A stretch of 64,000 nt of DNA, from assembly GCF_009914755.1 (NCBI RefSeq), contig NC_060934.1, one strand, 5' to 3'. The DNA is from the human T2T-CHM13v2.0 reference genome, Homo sapiens. Position numbers and translations under genes: made by a program. This document shows positions 43,085 to 55,760 of the stretch, one piece after another. Each line of letters starts with the position of its first letter. The stretch's first letter is position 1. The notes below the pieces were generated by a model. The model did not search any database and was not told the DNA's origin. It was given only the letters and a program-made list of their open reading frames with translations.

Positions 43085-43208
43085 GCTGATTGAATCACTT
43101 TCTCAAGAATCTCAGGTGGAAAAAAAAATGGCCAAATGCAGAATTCCTTTCCATTTTTTCCCATTGTTCTCATATTGTGGGGAGACATTGGCTGTGAGAG
43201 TAGACTCA
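43085..43208. repeat. 124-bp direct repeat, copy B
   Basis: Matches 42079-42202 with 5 substitutions. Confidence 0.97.
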
Positions 43209-43624
43209 GTGTCAGTTTTGTTAAAAGCATGCACTTCCCCCAGTTTCAACGGTGCCTTGGAGAAATGTATAGAAGACTTCACTGTGAAATGAGAAAGCAC
43301 GTAGTTTCAGTTACTGAAATAAGACACTCTATGTGGTGTAGCAATGAGATGGGATAATTATTTGAGTATCTGTAAAGACCAATGAGAGCCCTTGACATTT
43401 TGATCATTGCATCTTTTATTAAGATAGACTTTAGAAGTTCACAGGTAGCTCCTAACCTAGGAGTTTTCCTCAATGTGAATCATGATTGTTGTCCTAAGTC
43501 TTTCTGTCTCTTTCCTCATCTTCATTTCTAATGTTTGAGCCCCAGAGTCATCAGCCTCCCTTCTTGCTGACCTTATCCATCTGCTCTCTGATTTACTATG
43601 GTGTCGTTGTTGCTGACAAAATTG

Positions 43625-43950
43625 ACTTATTCATTCAGTCATTTATTTATTCAGTAGTCATTCAGTTTGTTTGGAGTGGCTAAAACATTCAAGGTGCTCT
43701 GTTAGAATTCTGGGAATAAAAAGATTGGGCAGAAAAATCAACCCCACCTTGTGAAAGTAACACACAAGACACTGAACTGCAGTAAAACAGGGTAGGTTAT
43801 GAGTCACGGGCATTGGGAGCACAGGAGAGGGAGTGACAACACCTAGGAGATCCCGGAGGAAGCTGACATTTCACTTGGACTCTGAAGGATAAGATTATTT
43901 TTTCTTATGAATTAGGAATGAAGGAAATCCAGGTAGAGAGACAAATTTAT
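43625..43950 (-). mobile_element. L2 relic
   Basis: ttattcattcagtcatt tail, ggtgctctgttag, gggagcacaggagaggg, ctgaaggataag. Confidence 0.65.
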
Positions 43951-43964
43951 AAAAGCAAGGAATT

Positions 43965-44290
<326 letters not shown>

Positions 44291-44349
44291 TCATGGGTGG
44301 GTATAATATCCTCCTTGAAAAATGAGAAGTTCAATGTCACTAACTTCTT

Positions 44350-44837
44350 TTATATACATTTTTTATTTCAATAGCTTTAGGGGTACAAGTGGTTTTTGGT
44401 TTCACAGATTAATCGTACAGTGGTAAAGTGCACCTGTCAAGTGGAGTAGTGTAAATTGTACCCAATAGGTAGTTTTTCATCCCTCACCTCCCCTACCTTC
44501 CTCCATTCTGAGTCTCCAGGTCCATGATATCACTCTGTATGCTTTTGTGCACCCATAGCTTAGCTCCCATTTATGAGAAGATGCAATATTGGGTTTTCAG
44601 TTTCTAAGTTAGTTCATTTAGAACAATGGCCTCCAGTTCCATCCAACTTGCTGCAAAAGACATTATTTCTATCCTTTTTATGGCTGAATAGTATTCCATA
44701 GTGTATATATATGACATATTCTTTGTCCACTCATTGGTTGATGGGCACTTAGGTTGATTCCATATCTTTGCAATTGTGAATTGTGCTGCAATAAACATAC
44801 ATGTACCAGTGTCTTTATGATATAGTGACTTCTTTTC
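44350..44837 (-). mobile_element. L1PB4-like 3' end
   Basis: tttcaatagctttaggggtacaagtggtttttgg 3'UTR plus ORF2 C-terminal ORF 44604-44849; degenerate TSD caatgtcactaa/caatgccaccaa. Confidence 0.85.
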
Positions 44838-45293
44838 CAATGCCACCAAATCTTAAGTTTGTAGTAGGTTGTGAAAGACTTTAGGTCTGGGGGAGAAAGT
44901 TGGGACAAACTAATGATGGACACAATATACCATTTTATGAGTTTTTAGCTTTAGATACTAGGGTAAATTGAGTGCCTTCATTTAATTAAGGCTTTTACAA
45001 ATATACCTTTTTGTAGTGCAAATAATCTGTGTTTATTGCAAAATTTGGAAAAATGGGTAAGTAAGCAGAATAAATTAAGAGACCTATATCCTTTTAATAA
45101 TATGGGGGCACTTGGGAGACCATCCCGTGATGAAGTGTGCCAGAGATCCAGGCCACCCCTTGGCGGGGCTTAATTCTCAGGACCTTGCTGCATTTGAGAG
45201 AAAGGAGAGTAGACTGGAGTTTCACTAATTTTATCGTAGAGATCTTGTCTGTGCTAGATTGAGAGTCTTCGGTGATGGAAGGGAAGATAGGAC

Positions 45294-45598
<305 letters not shown>

Positions 45599-45636
45599 GA
45601 TAGGGCTTTTTATCATTCTAAAAAGAACCCATTCTT

Positions 45637-45792
45637 GGCTGGGCATGGTGGTTGGCTCACGCCTCTAATCCCAGCACTTTGGGAGGCTGAGGTGGGCGGA
45701 TTGCATGAGGTCAGGAGTTCAACACCAGCCTGGCCAATGTGGTGAAACCCTGCTCTACTAAAAGAAAAAAAAAATAAATAACAACAACAACG
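45637..45792 (+). mobile_element. AluS-type left monomer with its own TSD
   Basis: TSD aaaagaacccattct 45621-45635 / aaaagaacccactct 45793-45807. Confidence 0.9.
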
Positions 45793-47224
45793 AAAAGAAC
45801 CCACTCTCTAGAGGGTAGCAGTTTTTTACTGGGGAACTCAAATGGGACCAGAGAGACCCCTTGATTCATACCCAACCCTCAGATTTCTATCTTGGAGAGT
45901 CAGCCTAAGCCCCCAGTGGTTTCAAAATTTCCTTTCTGCACGTGGAGTAATTAGGTTCTGTTTCAGCAACGTGAAAGGTTAAATAGATTGTCAAGAGAAT
46001 CTCCATTTCTTTGTGGAAATTTGTCCACACCTTTTAACAACTGACTGACAAATAAATGTTTTAACAGTAAATCTTTTAAAAATCATGTTCTAAAGTGCCC
46101 TTGGATCTCTTTCCTTCTGACTTGGAAGCTATTTGTACACGTGCCAACACACACAGGATTGAGATCAATTTTTTCTCTCTTGTACAGGATCAGAGTCTAA
46201 GCAATGACTAGCACAAAGCTATGAGTCAGGAAGAAAAAAATAAAACAAAGCTGCGTTTCCATCCAGGCACTGTGAAATATAACCACTGATACAAAAAAAC
46301 TGCCTGTTGGTTGCATGTCCCAAGGTAAAGGACAAGAGAATAGTTTCTGTTGTAATTTTATGTTAATGCTCCCCACATTCATTTCACACTGTCCATATTC
46401 AGTTCCAGAAAATCACTTTGTAGGTGGAACTGTGGTAGTGCCTGTTATTCTGAAAGCACTGTGGTGCTAAGTTTCCTTGGTCTGCTTGCACAATCCAGAA
46501 GGAAAATTTCTCCTCCGTCCTGGAGGATGTGTCATTTGAACATCTTTTAGTGCTCTCAGAAGAGCATAGATGCTCATTTATTCATTTTTTTTTCCTCCCT
46601 AGAATTTCATTGCTCCAGCCCACATTTTTTCTTTTTTTCTGTTTTCAGATAAATTTTAAGTTGCCCAAATTCCCTTAATGTCATTTACACAGCAGGCATT
46701 ATACTCTTCTTAGGCCCAAATTCTAAAATTCCATTTTAGGAGATTATTTCATTAAGAAACTGACCGAAATCAATTTAAAAATGAGGATGATATGTCTCAG
46801 TTGGAAACAGTAGAACTTCAGTAGCAAACATTTATTGATTTATAGAAGGATAGAAACTTCCTTTTTTCCAGAAACAGCCGGGATGGTTTTTTCCACTTGA
46901 GCTCTCTGCAAACCGCTAATAAGGTCTTTAGCTTTGTGATCTTAGCATAATTCATGGTTGTCAAGAGAAATATTTGCTGACTTAAAGGATATGTTGACTC
47001 TTATCAATGAAATGCAATGAAGCTGATATTTGTACTCAGAATTTTTATTTCAGGCATACTGGGCCTGTTCTACATACATAGGAAGACCAGAACAATAATA
47101 CTTGCTCTGTGATAAACAGAAGGGTATACTGATTTTGGAAAATATGTCAGCTCAATTTGGAAGATTGCTAAACCACCTAAAACAGAGCCTGTTTAAAAAA
47201 TAAATAAATAAAAAATAAAAAAAA

Positions 47225-47570
47225 GGCTGGCACGGTGGCTCACACCTGTAAATCCCAGCACTTTGGGAGGCCGAGGTGGGTGGGTCACCTGAGGTTGGGA
47301 GTTCAAGGCCAGCCTGACCAACAAGGTGAAATCCCATCTCTACTAAAACTACAAAAATTAGCCAGGCCTGGTTGCAGGTGCTTGCAATCCCAGCTACTCG
47401 GGAGGCTGGAGACATGAGAATCACTTGAACCCAGAAGGCAGAGGTTGCAGTGAACCAAGATCACACCACTGCACTCCAGCCTGGGCGACAGAGAGAGACT
47501 CCGCTGAAAAGAAAGAAAGAGAGAGAGAGAGAAAGAAAGTGGAGAGAAAGAAAGATGGAAAGAAAGAAAA
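47225..47570 (+). mobile_element. AluS with GA/GAAA-rich tail
   Basis: Full dimer. Confidence 0.93.
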
Positions 47571-48494
47571 GACGGTGTGCTTTTGTTTGCTGAATGATGG
47601 GATTCAGAGCAGCCAGTGTTGTCTTCTGCAACCCGCAAACACCCATGGGAAGGAGAGCTTGTCTGGTTAGTTAGATGACTTTGGATAGATGAAGAGTACA
47701 AATGCATGGCAGGAAAAAGGTTTTCAAGGCATGATCGGTTTTCCTTTGTGAGCTGAACTTGGACTCTTCAGAAGTCCTGAGGACGGGCCAGCTTGGCAAG
47801 TTTTCTCCTTTTCAGCTTCCAGTGTGCACTCCTTCTTTCCACTCTCACCTCTGAATGCTGTGTGGAGGCGCTGATCTGCCTAAGACCCAGGCTGTGAGCC
47901 AAGCTGTTTTTAATGACCGTCCTTAAGCTTCAGCCCAACAGCTGTTTTACAGGTGCACATGATTCAGCAACTAGCTCACTGTGAGTGTATGATTTAAAAG
48001 GTGCATGTAAATCATTTGAAAAGGTATTTTAAATGCTCCAGTGGGCTCGCTATTTAAAGGAATCCTTCAGCAAATCTTTTTTGAAAGGGAAGACTCTCCT
48101 TCTAATGCCAGTAATGATCACCGCCCCCTAGGTTTGGCCTTATGTATATTTGATAGATTTAAAGTGGGGTGAGATATATTTTCAGGCCGCTACGCTCTGC
48201 AGAGTTCCAGATTGAACTTCACCAGCTTGTTTATCAATGTTGTCACTGCCTTCCTGCCCCACAGGAGCATCAGCTGGTTTGGCAGGAGGAAAAGGCAGAT
48301 CATCTGTGCCTCTATCTGACTCACCCTCCCTGCCATACAGAGCAGTTTCAGGCTTGTCTCCACATTCCCTCTTTCTGTGAATGAAGAATCACATGGTCAC
48401 ATAAAAAATATTATTGGAGCTTCAAGGATGAAAAATTCAGGAAATATACTTAATGAAGTTTAATTTCAAAACAGGAAATATCTTCTAATTTGGG

Positions 48495-48496
<2 letters not shown>

Positions 48497-48540
<44 letters not shown>
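48497..48540. repeat. (GT)22 microsatellite
   Basis: Direct reading. Confidence 0.98.
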
Positions 48541-48542
<2 letters not shown>

Positions 48543-49741
48543 AAGCTAAATAATGAAATCTTATAAAAACTTCCTGCCTGAAGAACTTGCATGACTGTAT
48601 AAACAGCTTTTTGATACTGTGTATCACATGCTGTTCAAATAACCTGTCAGTCCCAGTAGGTCCTAGGTCAACATCCCTTCCTGCATTGTTGCAGTCATGA
48701 TGACATAGTGTTCGCTATTTTTGTCGAAATGTTGACAAAGTACCAGAAACCAGCTCAATTGCTGGTGTTATTCCTACTCCTAATTTATTTATCAATTCTT
48801 CCAAAGGGTCTATTTTTTTCACTCCTCTATTTATTTTTTTCTCATCCTTCTCCACAATCCCTCCACTTTCTTTTCTCTTGGCACACATGTGGCTTTTCTG
48901 ATCTTGAACTTATCTTCCCTTCCAGCCTTTCCTTTCTATATACCAGGACCATTCAGTCAGCCCACTGGAGTTATCAGGGTGACAAGGCTTGAAATATCTT
49001 TCAGCACGTATTAAAATAAACATGCACTTTCATAGACCTGCCTTCAGCATCCTTCATTTATGTTTATTTGTTTCACACACTATACAGCGTTTTATGATTT
49101 CTCTTTATTTTTGATTTTCTCACTTTGGGATTATGTTTTCTTCTGCAAAGCAAGACACCAACCATATGTACTGGCAATGGAAGGAGAGCAAAAGATAGCT
49201 CTCCATGCAAAATGACTTTTAAGTAAATCATAATCTTTGGATCGATTATCCTCATATCTCATATTGGAGGTTTTAGTTGCAGAAGCTAAAGTCAGAATGT
49301 TATGGGAATTAAAAAAACCACATTCTTTCTGAGCATGTTTGAACACGACACTTTCCAAACCAAATGTTCTTCTGAATTTGTTGTGCTCCATTTAGGTAGT
49401 ATGTCGCCTTTGAGATATACAGAATGAAGTTCATGACTTTGGGTCAAGTAGAAAGGGATCTGGAGAACAGGGGACGGGATTTGGCATGTTCAGTTACCTT
49501 TTGTATTAGTCCTTTTATCTAGGACACTCTTGCTGCCACACATAAAATTTCCCTTTGCCAAAGAGAGGTTAGGTAATATTTTGACAACAGAAGAAAATCA
49601 GTGTCAAACAAACAAGCACGGTACCAAGCATGCAAGTGTTGTTAGTTAGGCCTGGGTTAGACTTCTGGGTAACTCACTTGGTACTTGGAGATCTTTGGGA
49701 AACTACTTAACTCCTGTCAAGCCAAGGTTCTACGTCAGCAA

Positions 49742-50987
49742 AATTATTCGTTATTCTTTTCTGTTTCCTCTTTTTCTTAAAGACATTTTATAGTATCTTT
49801 TGTAATATTAAATTTTGGCCTAGATCATTTACTGTGGAAATAGAAAAGTTAATTTCAACTACAGCTTTTTATTTTAGGTCTACCCAAATCACCAATTAGA
49901 GCAGTTAAAACACATATACACATGGTGGCTCATGCCTGTAATTCCAGCACGTTGGGAGGCTGAGGTGGGTGGATCACGAGGTCAGGAGTTCGAGACCAGC
50001 CTGGCCAAGATGGTGAAACCCCATCTCTCGTAAAAATACAAAAATTAGCTGGGCATGATGGTGGGCACCTATCATCCCAGCTACTCGGCAGGCTGAGGCA
50101 GAGAATTGCTTGAACCCTGGAGGTAGAGGTTGCAGTGAGCCGAGATTGAGCCACTGACCTCCAGTCTGGGTGACAGAGTGAGACTCAGTCTCAAAAAACA
50201 AAAACAAAAACAACAAACAAAACACACACAAACACACACGCGTGCACACACACACACACAAAGGTGAGGATTATGTTTGAAAGGAAAAGATAAGTTCTTT
50301 CATTTTCCACTGAAAAGGAAGATAAAGTATGGAAGGAAGGAAGCGGGGAGAGGGAGGGCAGGAGGGAGGGAAAAAAGGAAGGAGGGAAGGAAGGAAGGAG
50401 GGGAGGAAGGAAGGAAGGAAAGGGAGGGTGGGAGGGAGGGAAAAAAGGAAGGAAAGAGAAAGAAAGGAAAGAGAAAGGAAGGAAGGACAGAAGGAAGGAA
50501 GATATCAAATGAAATTACTTTGAGCAATCATTTTTTCCTTTTTGTCAATTCTTCTTGTTTTGTAGAATATTAAATAATAATTGCAAAGTCCTATTAATCT
50601 CTCTCATTCCTTACTTTTTCTTCCAATTTTAAGTCTGAAAAGAAGAGCTAGATAAAATGCGTGATCATTGGGATACCACTTCATTACCTTATACAATCAC
50701 TGTATTCTGTCGTGGTAGATATTCCATTGATTTACTTGCATTACACAATGGGTCCTAAAGTTATTTAGAATCTGTATTTCTAATACCTTTATTAATTTAG
50801 CAAATTGCAATCTTCCATAATGCTCATGACCATTCTTGAGAAAGAAATGATAAGTAAAGAGTTGAAAAGTTAAAATTACTTTGAGGATTTCTCAGGTCCT
50901 TTTTTAGACCAAAGGAAAGGAAGAAGCTAATATAAAACAAGATCTTGGTACTTCCGTGTAATGACCACATTCATACCTTTGAACAAT
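49742..50987. repeat. Dispersed duplication, copy 2 (probable derived copy, with a later Alu insertion)
   Basis: Collinear with 29985-30895, ending atacctttgaacaat in both copies. Confidence 0.95.
49921..50218 (+). mobile_element. AluS (Sg-like), slightly 5'-truncated
   Basis: ggatcacgaggtcaggagttcgagacc; absent from copy 1; TSD aaaacaca.. Confidence 0.93.
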
Positions 50988-52634
50988 AGAACAACAAGAG
51001 AGATGCCACCTTCTGCATAAGGTTGATAGTTTCAGACCCAACGTAAGTGCACCAGTGTGAGGTTTCCTATTGCGATCATTGCATTGGTCACCTTGATGGC
51101 AAGCAATGGTAAGTCTTGTTAATAGTCTTGGCCCGACTCCATTCAATCTCCTAATCAAATTCGCCTATAATTTGCTGAGGTGTTTTGGTGGCGAAAGAAA
51201 GATTATGGGCATAGCTTCTACTTCTTTTTCCATATTGTGGTATAGTTGATTAAAATAAACACAGTGTTCTAGTTTAGCAGTGCTTCCTATCCAATGCAGT
51301 GCCTAACTAGTTTGCGTTCTAGACTGTTTCTTCAGGGGTTCCCTGAGCTTGTATAAGAGCCATCTAATCATCTATAATGATAGGGTCTTCATCGAGACCT
51401 GTTCCTTTTGTGTTTCTTTCACTAAGGTGAAACAGACCCTTTCACTGGCTTTTTAGTAAAAAAATATTCAAAGAAATATCTCTCATGTATCTCAGGAGAT
51501 GTGTTGACTTGTAGGGTCCACAGTATTTCAGCATCAATGCCGGCCTTGATAATGCCCCAGGGCTGCCCCTTTTCCAGAAAAAGGACATATGCTCCCCTTG
51601 AAAATTTCGTAGAAGAGTCAGAAATTCATTGTTCTGCTCATCAAATCATTGATCATTTATCTGTGGGGGCTTTTAGCCTCTTTGCAACTACTGCACACAC
51701 AACCTGGTCTGGCCCTTCCTTGGAGTTCACGGGTGGTGGAGGCTGACAGTGGGGACCTAATGCTCTTTGATAAGACCAGTAGTCTCCTCAGATGCTCCAC
51801 CATCAGCCACGTGCTTCTGCGCCTGGCTTTGAGTAACAGGCTGGCCAGCTGCAAGAGAGGCACAGCCAGGCATTGCCCTGACAGCTGACAGGTGGTGTGG
51901 GCCTGGAGTGAGGGAAATAATCTGCACTCTGGAAATTTGCCATACTGCAACCTGGCCCATGGAAGAACCCAAGGATGCATGAGCTCCAGCTCCTCACCTT
52001 TCATCTTAGAGAGAAATATGGGCTGTGAGAGTTGGCCAGAGGAGGTGCATATGTCCAGGAAGCACACCTGGGAGCTCAGGCTGGACGTGCCACCACTTCC
52101 TCTTTGGCTGCAATGCACACATCTGGCTATTCCCATCAGTGGTTAGCAAGAGGCAAAGAGATGCTTGGCTCAGCATCCAAGAGAACTCAGTCACCCAAGA
52201 GAATGTTAACACTGATGCATTGACCTGCCTCCTATGTTTTAAAGTCCTGTTCACAATAATGACAATGAAGTGTCACCTCCCCAAGGAAGTGCAGCAAACC
52301 CATAAACAGAGTCATAAATGCCACTGAAAGGAATTAGTATTCAAAAGCACATTTTAGGACAGTGAAGTTATAACCATGACAACTTTGCCGGCAGACTAAA
52401 GAAGTGAACATTCTAGTACAACCATCAGAAGAAAAGTGTGGGCCAGAATCTCATCCATCCAATAGCTAGATCCTGTTACTGCTATTCCTAGTAGATATCT
52501 AAAGAATTCATCAGCATCTGTTGTAAATCCAACAGACAAACATGTCTTAGTTCTTAGTGCTATTTTGATATTAAAACAAAAATTTGAAATCGTTGAGAAA
52601 CAAAATGTATAAATTTGCTCATGGGGTGTCTTGA

Positions 52635-52882
52635 TTTCTTTTTAACAAAATTTTTATTGAAGTCTAATTTGCATATAGAAAAATTACAAATTCCAATTGT
52701 AAGCTTGATATATTTTCACTGGGTAACCAGAACCCAGATTTAAGAAGCAGGATTTTAATGGGACTCCAGAAGTCCTGTGTACTCTGCTCTGGAAACTCCC
52801 CACTCATCTCACCTCTCTCAGGGTCTCTATTACCATGAATTCCAATAGGATAGATTGGTTTTGTCTGCTTTATGCTTTATGT
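52635..52882 (-). mobile_element. Old L1M 3' end relic
   Basis: tttttattgaagtctaatt..catatagaaaa..gtaaccag..cccagat..agattggttttgtctg. Confidence 0.65.
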
Positions 52883-53105
52883 CAGGGGTTGGCAAATGTT
52901 TTCTGTAAAGAGACAGATGGTAAATATTTTAGGCTTTAGAGGCTATAGAGACTCTGTTGCTACTAGTCAAATCTGACACTGCACTGCAAAAGTAGCACCA
53001 GACCATAGCAAAATAAATGGGCATGGCTGTGTTCCAATAAAGCTTTATTTACAAAAACAGGTGATGGTTGGAGTTGGCTCATGGATCATAATTTGCCAGC
53101 CTCTG
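52883..53105 (+). mobile_element. MER58A (hAT-Charlie)
   Basis: TIRs caggggttggcaaa / tttgccagcctctg; 8-bp TSD ctttatgt / ctttatat. Confidence 0.9.
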
Positions 53106-53144
53106 CTTTATATAATGCCTGACAACATGTTTGTGAGCTTTATC

Positions 53145-53300
53145 TACTGGTGCACTGGGGCGGGCTCACACCAGCTTATGAGAACTGATCTCATTGTGCA
53201 CATATCATCCCAACTATTCATGCCGTGATGTATTGTTGGTAACTTGAAATAGTCCATGGTGGAGTATTTACGCCAAGGAAATTGGCAAATGTCACAAATT
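53145..53300 (+). mobile_element. MER63A-like (hAT-Blackjack) fragment
   Basis: ttggtaacttgaaat..ccatggtggagtatttacgccaaggaaattggcaaa. Confidence 0.75.
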
Positions 53301-53319
53301 ATGTGCCTCCCACCACGAC

Positions 53320-54220
53320 CATTTGCCTTAGAATGTGACAGGGTTGGATCTCAATGGCAATTAACTTGATATCTCCAAGCCTCTGTTTCCTCATCTGCAT
53401 TGAGGATATGGAAACATCCAGAGATACTTCATATATGAACTGCTTAGCAAGATGGCTGTTACATAATATCCTATTCTGATACAATGATGGTCTTCTAAAA
53501 TATTCCAGATATTGGCAGATATCGAGAGCTCATCTCAGCACTTTTTATCTTTTCAATTTAGATGTTTGATGTTCCTATTGACTTTGTAAATGTCTCTTGC
53601 ATGTGTTCCTTGCTCTCCAATGACATTGAGACTTAGACCCGACCCTCAACATTTCTTACCTAAAACTATCCTGATTTCCTTTGATCCTCCATTCCTTCAG
53701 TTCATCCTCCACAATGATCTCCAGGATTATGTTTTTCAAAGTGTTACATTAATCTGCATGTGGGACAAATTAATGGCTCCTGATGCCCAGAAATTAAATG
53801 TAGTCATCTTTCGCATGTCATGGATGGTCTTAGTCCCACATCTTTGTGATCATTTCCAGACCTTTGCTTGGTCTGCCCTCAATCGGAATATGCCAGGGTT
53901 TTGGTCTCTGCAGAGCATCTTCCTGGGTCACCTGTACTCAATTTTAAGGGCTGGTTTACAAGATACCTCTTCATTCTTCACTTCCTTCTTTCCTAACCCC
54001 TGCTGGCAACTTCATCCACAGCAGAATGAATTGTTCCCTCATCTGTGTTCCCATGGTTATAGGAACTTAATGTTACTGGAATACATATCACATTATAGTC
54101 AATGTATATATATATATATATATATATTTGCAACTTCTATGAGGACAGAGGCTGTATTTTTCATCAGAATATTGTCCCAACATAACTTTTCTGGCGTGCC
54201 AATAGATGGCTGGAATGTAA
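53320..54220 (+). mobile_element. MIR (53320-53470) and L2 (53500-54220) relics
   Basis: aagcctctgtttcctcatctg MIR core; L2-like ttcatcctccac..gaggacagaggctgtatt..tctggcgtg. Confidence 0.55.
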
Positions 54221-54846
54221 CTCAGAAAAACAAGGAAACACAAGGACAGGGATAATGGAGGTTTCTTGCCACACTCTGTGGCAGGGCGGGCCATCTCTGG
54301 GCAGGTTCATCTAAACAGAATTTCTTTCTAGATGAGGAAGGGTTCCTGGTCAGATGGACATATGAGAAAGAGGCAGAGAAGGAGGCAACGTCCAGTCCTT
54401 GGTCACTATCCTGTCTTCAGAACACCTTTAGGAGAACTCGTACCCCACTTAGTTGGCTTGGTGTTGACTTTGTCTGATATCAGTGGTAATCATGGCTTTA
54501 GGCACAGGGTAACAATAGCTAACACATTTTCCTTCAGCCCTGGATGCTTCTGCATTTGACTTCTCAGTGGTTATAAAAACTCATAACCTCTATTTGCTTG
54601 GTGGCATCGCTAGCCCTCTTGATTTTCAAGCACTATGTCCATAGGCACAAGATTGTATACATTACATACAGGAAATGTTGGTTATCTTACCTTGGCATAA
54701 TTTGCATAATCCCCTAGCACAGTGGGGAGGCTTGAGGCTCTAACTCAGGCATAAGCATTCAGTGGTTACCATGGCAGGAGTCTGATCTCTCACAAGCAAG
54801 AGTTTCAGTGACCTGGTACCATAGGAAGATAAAATTGGAAAGGTAG

Positions 54847-55236
54847 TGTATTAGGCCATTCTCATATTGTTATAAATACCTGAGACTGGCTAATTTATAA
54901 AGAAAAGAGGTTTCATTGACTCATGGTTCTCCACGCTGTACAGGAAGCATGGCAGTATTTGTTTCTGGGTAGGCCTCAGGGAGGTTTACTGATGGTGGAA
55001 GGCAAAGTGGGAGCAGACATCTTACACGGCAGGAGCAGGACTGAGAGAGAGTTTGGCGGGGGGCTATACAATTTGAACAGCCAGATCTCATTAGAACTCA
55101 CTCACCATCATGAGAACAGCACCAACAGGGAAATCAGTCCCTGTGATCCAATCACCTCCCACCAGGTCCTACCTCCAATGTGGGTATTACAATTTGACTT
55201 GAGATTTGGGCAGAGGCACAGATCCAAACCATATCA
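54847..55236 (-). mobile_element. MSTA solo LTR
   Basis: tgtattag..taatttataaagaaaagagg..ccaaaccatatca; TSD ggtag/gatag. Confidence 0.9.
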
Positions 55237-55349
55237 GATAGTGAGATCAAGTTGTGGATAGTCTTGAAATGTAACTTCAGAGATGGGCTCTCCTGGGTAA
55301 GCAATCAGCAGTACATGAAGGCTGATTATCAACAGTGTTGTAATTAGAG

Positions 55350-55760
55350 TTGGGTCAGAGGAAGATTAAACTGGCAGTTGTGTGCAAAATTAATTGGAGC
55401 AGGAAGAAACAGAAACCAAACAATCTGTAAGTAGTCTGTTGCAGTAGTCCAGAAAAAAATGTAATGATGTTCCTAACTGAAGAACTGGCAGTAAGAATGA
55501 ATGGATGACAAGGATAGAGTGGGCATGAAAAAAAACTGAGATAGAATTTTCTGAACTTCAGAGCCAGTTGTATATAACGATGAGGGAGTAATATCCTGTA
55601 ATCAAAGAGTGGAATCCAAAAATATTTCAAGGTTTTATGCACCAGTGGCTGAGAAGGCTCAAATGAAATAAAGATAAATAAGGGATAAACAGGTGCAAAT
55701 TTGTTGAATAATACAAAGTAATCAATTAACACATCTGAATGTCCCCTCTGGGATATCTGT
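55350..55760 (-). mobile_element. L2 relic
   Basis: ctggcagttgtgtgc..gttgcagtagtccag..caaggttttatgcacc. Confidence 0.55.

Larger units (their letters stand above)
49640..51060 (+). mobile_element. MIR split by the duplicated segment (49640-49743 and 50988-51060)
   Basis: cctgggttagac..ctttgggaaactacttaactc..cagcaaaat, then ccttctgcataaggttgatag continuation after the insert. Confidence 0.55.

Noticed and set aside
48118-48140. CTCF-like site cgccccctagg
   Set aside because: Only the core matches; the CCAC/CCGC end of the motif is absent
51400-52330. Cluster of overlapping ORFs (up to 159 aa) and a minus-strand LKYCGPYK resembling a Gypsy integrase GPY/F motif
   Set aside because: No recognisable domain context, poly-A or TSD; locally higher GC explains the ORFs; TBLASTN/Dfam would be needed
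53590-54255. 221-aa ORF
   Set aside because: Runs through a decayed L2 and a (TA)n tract; no protein-like features
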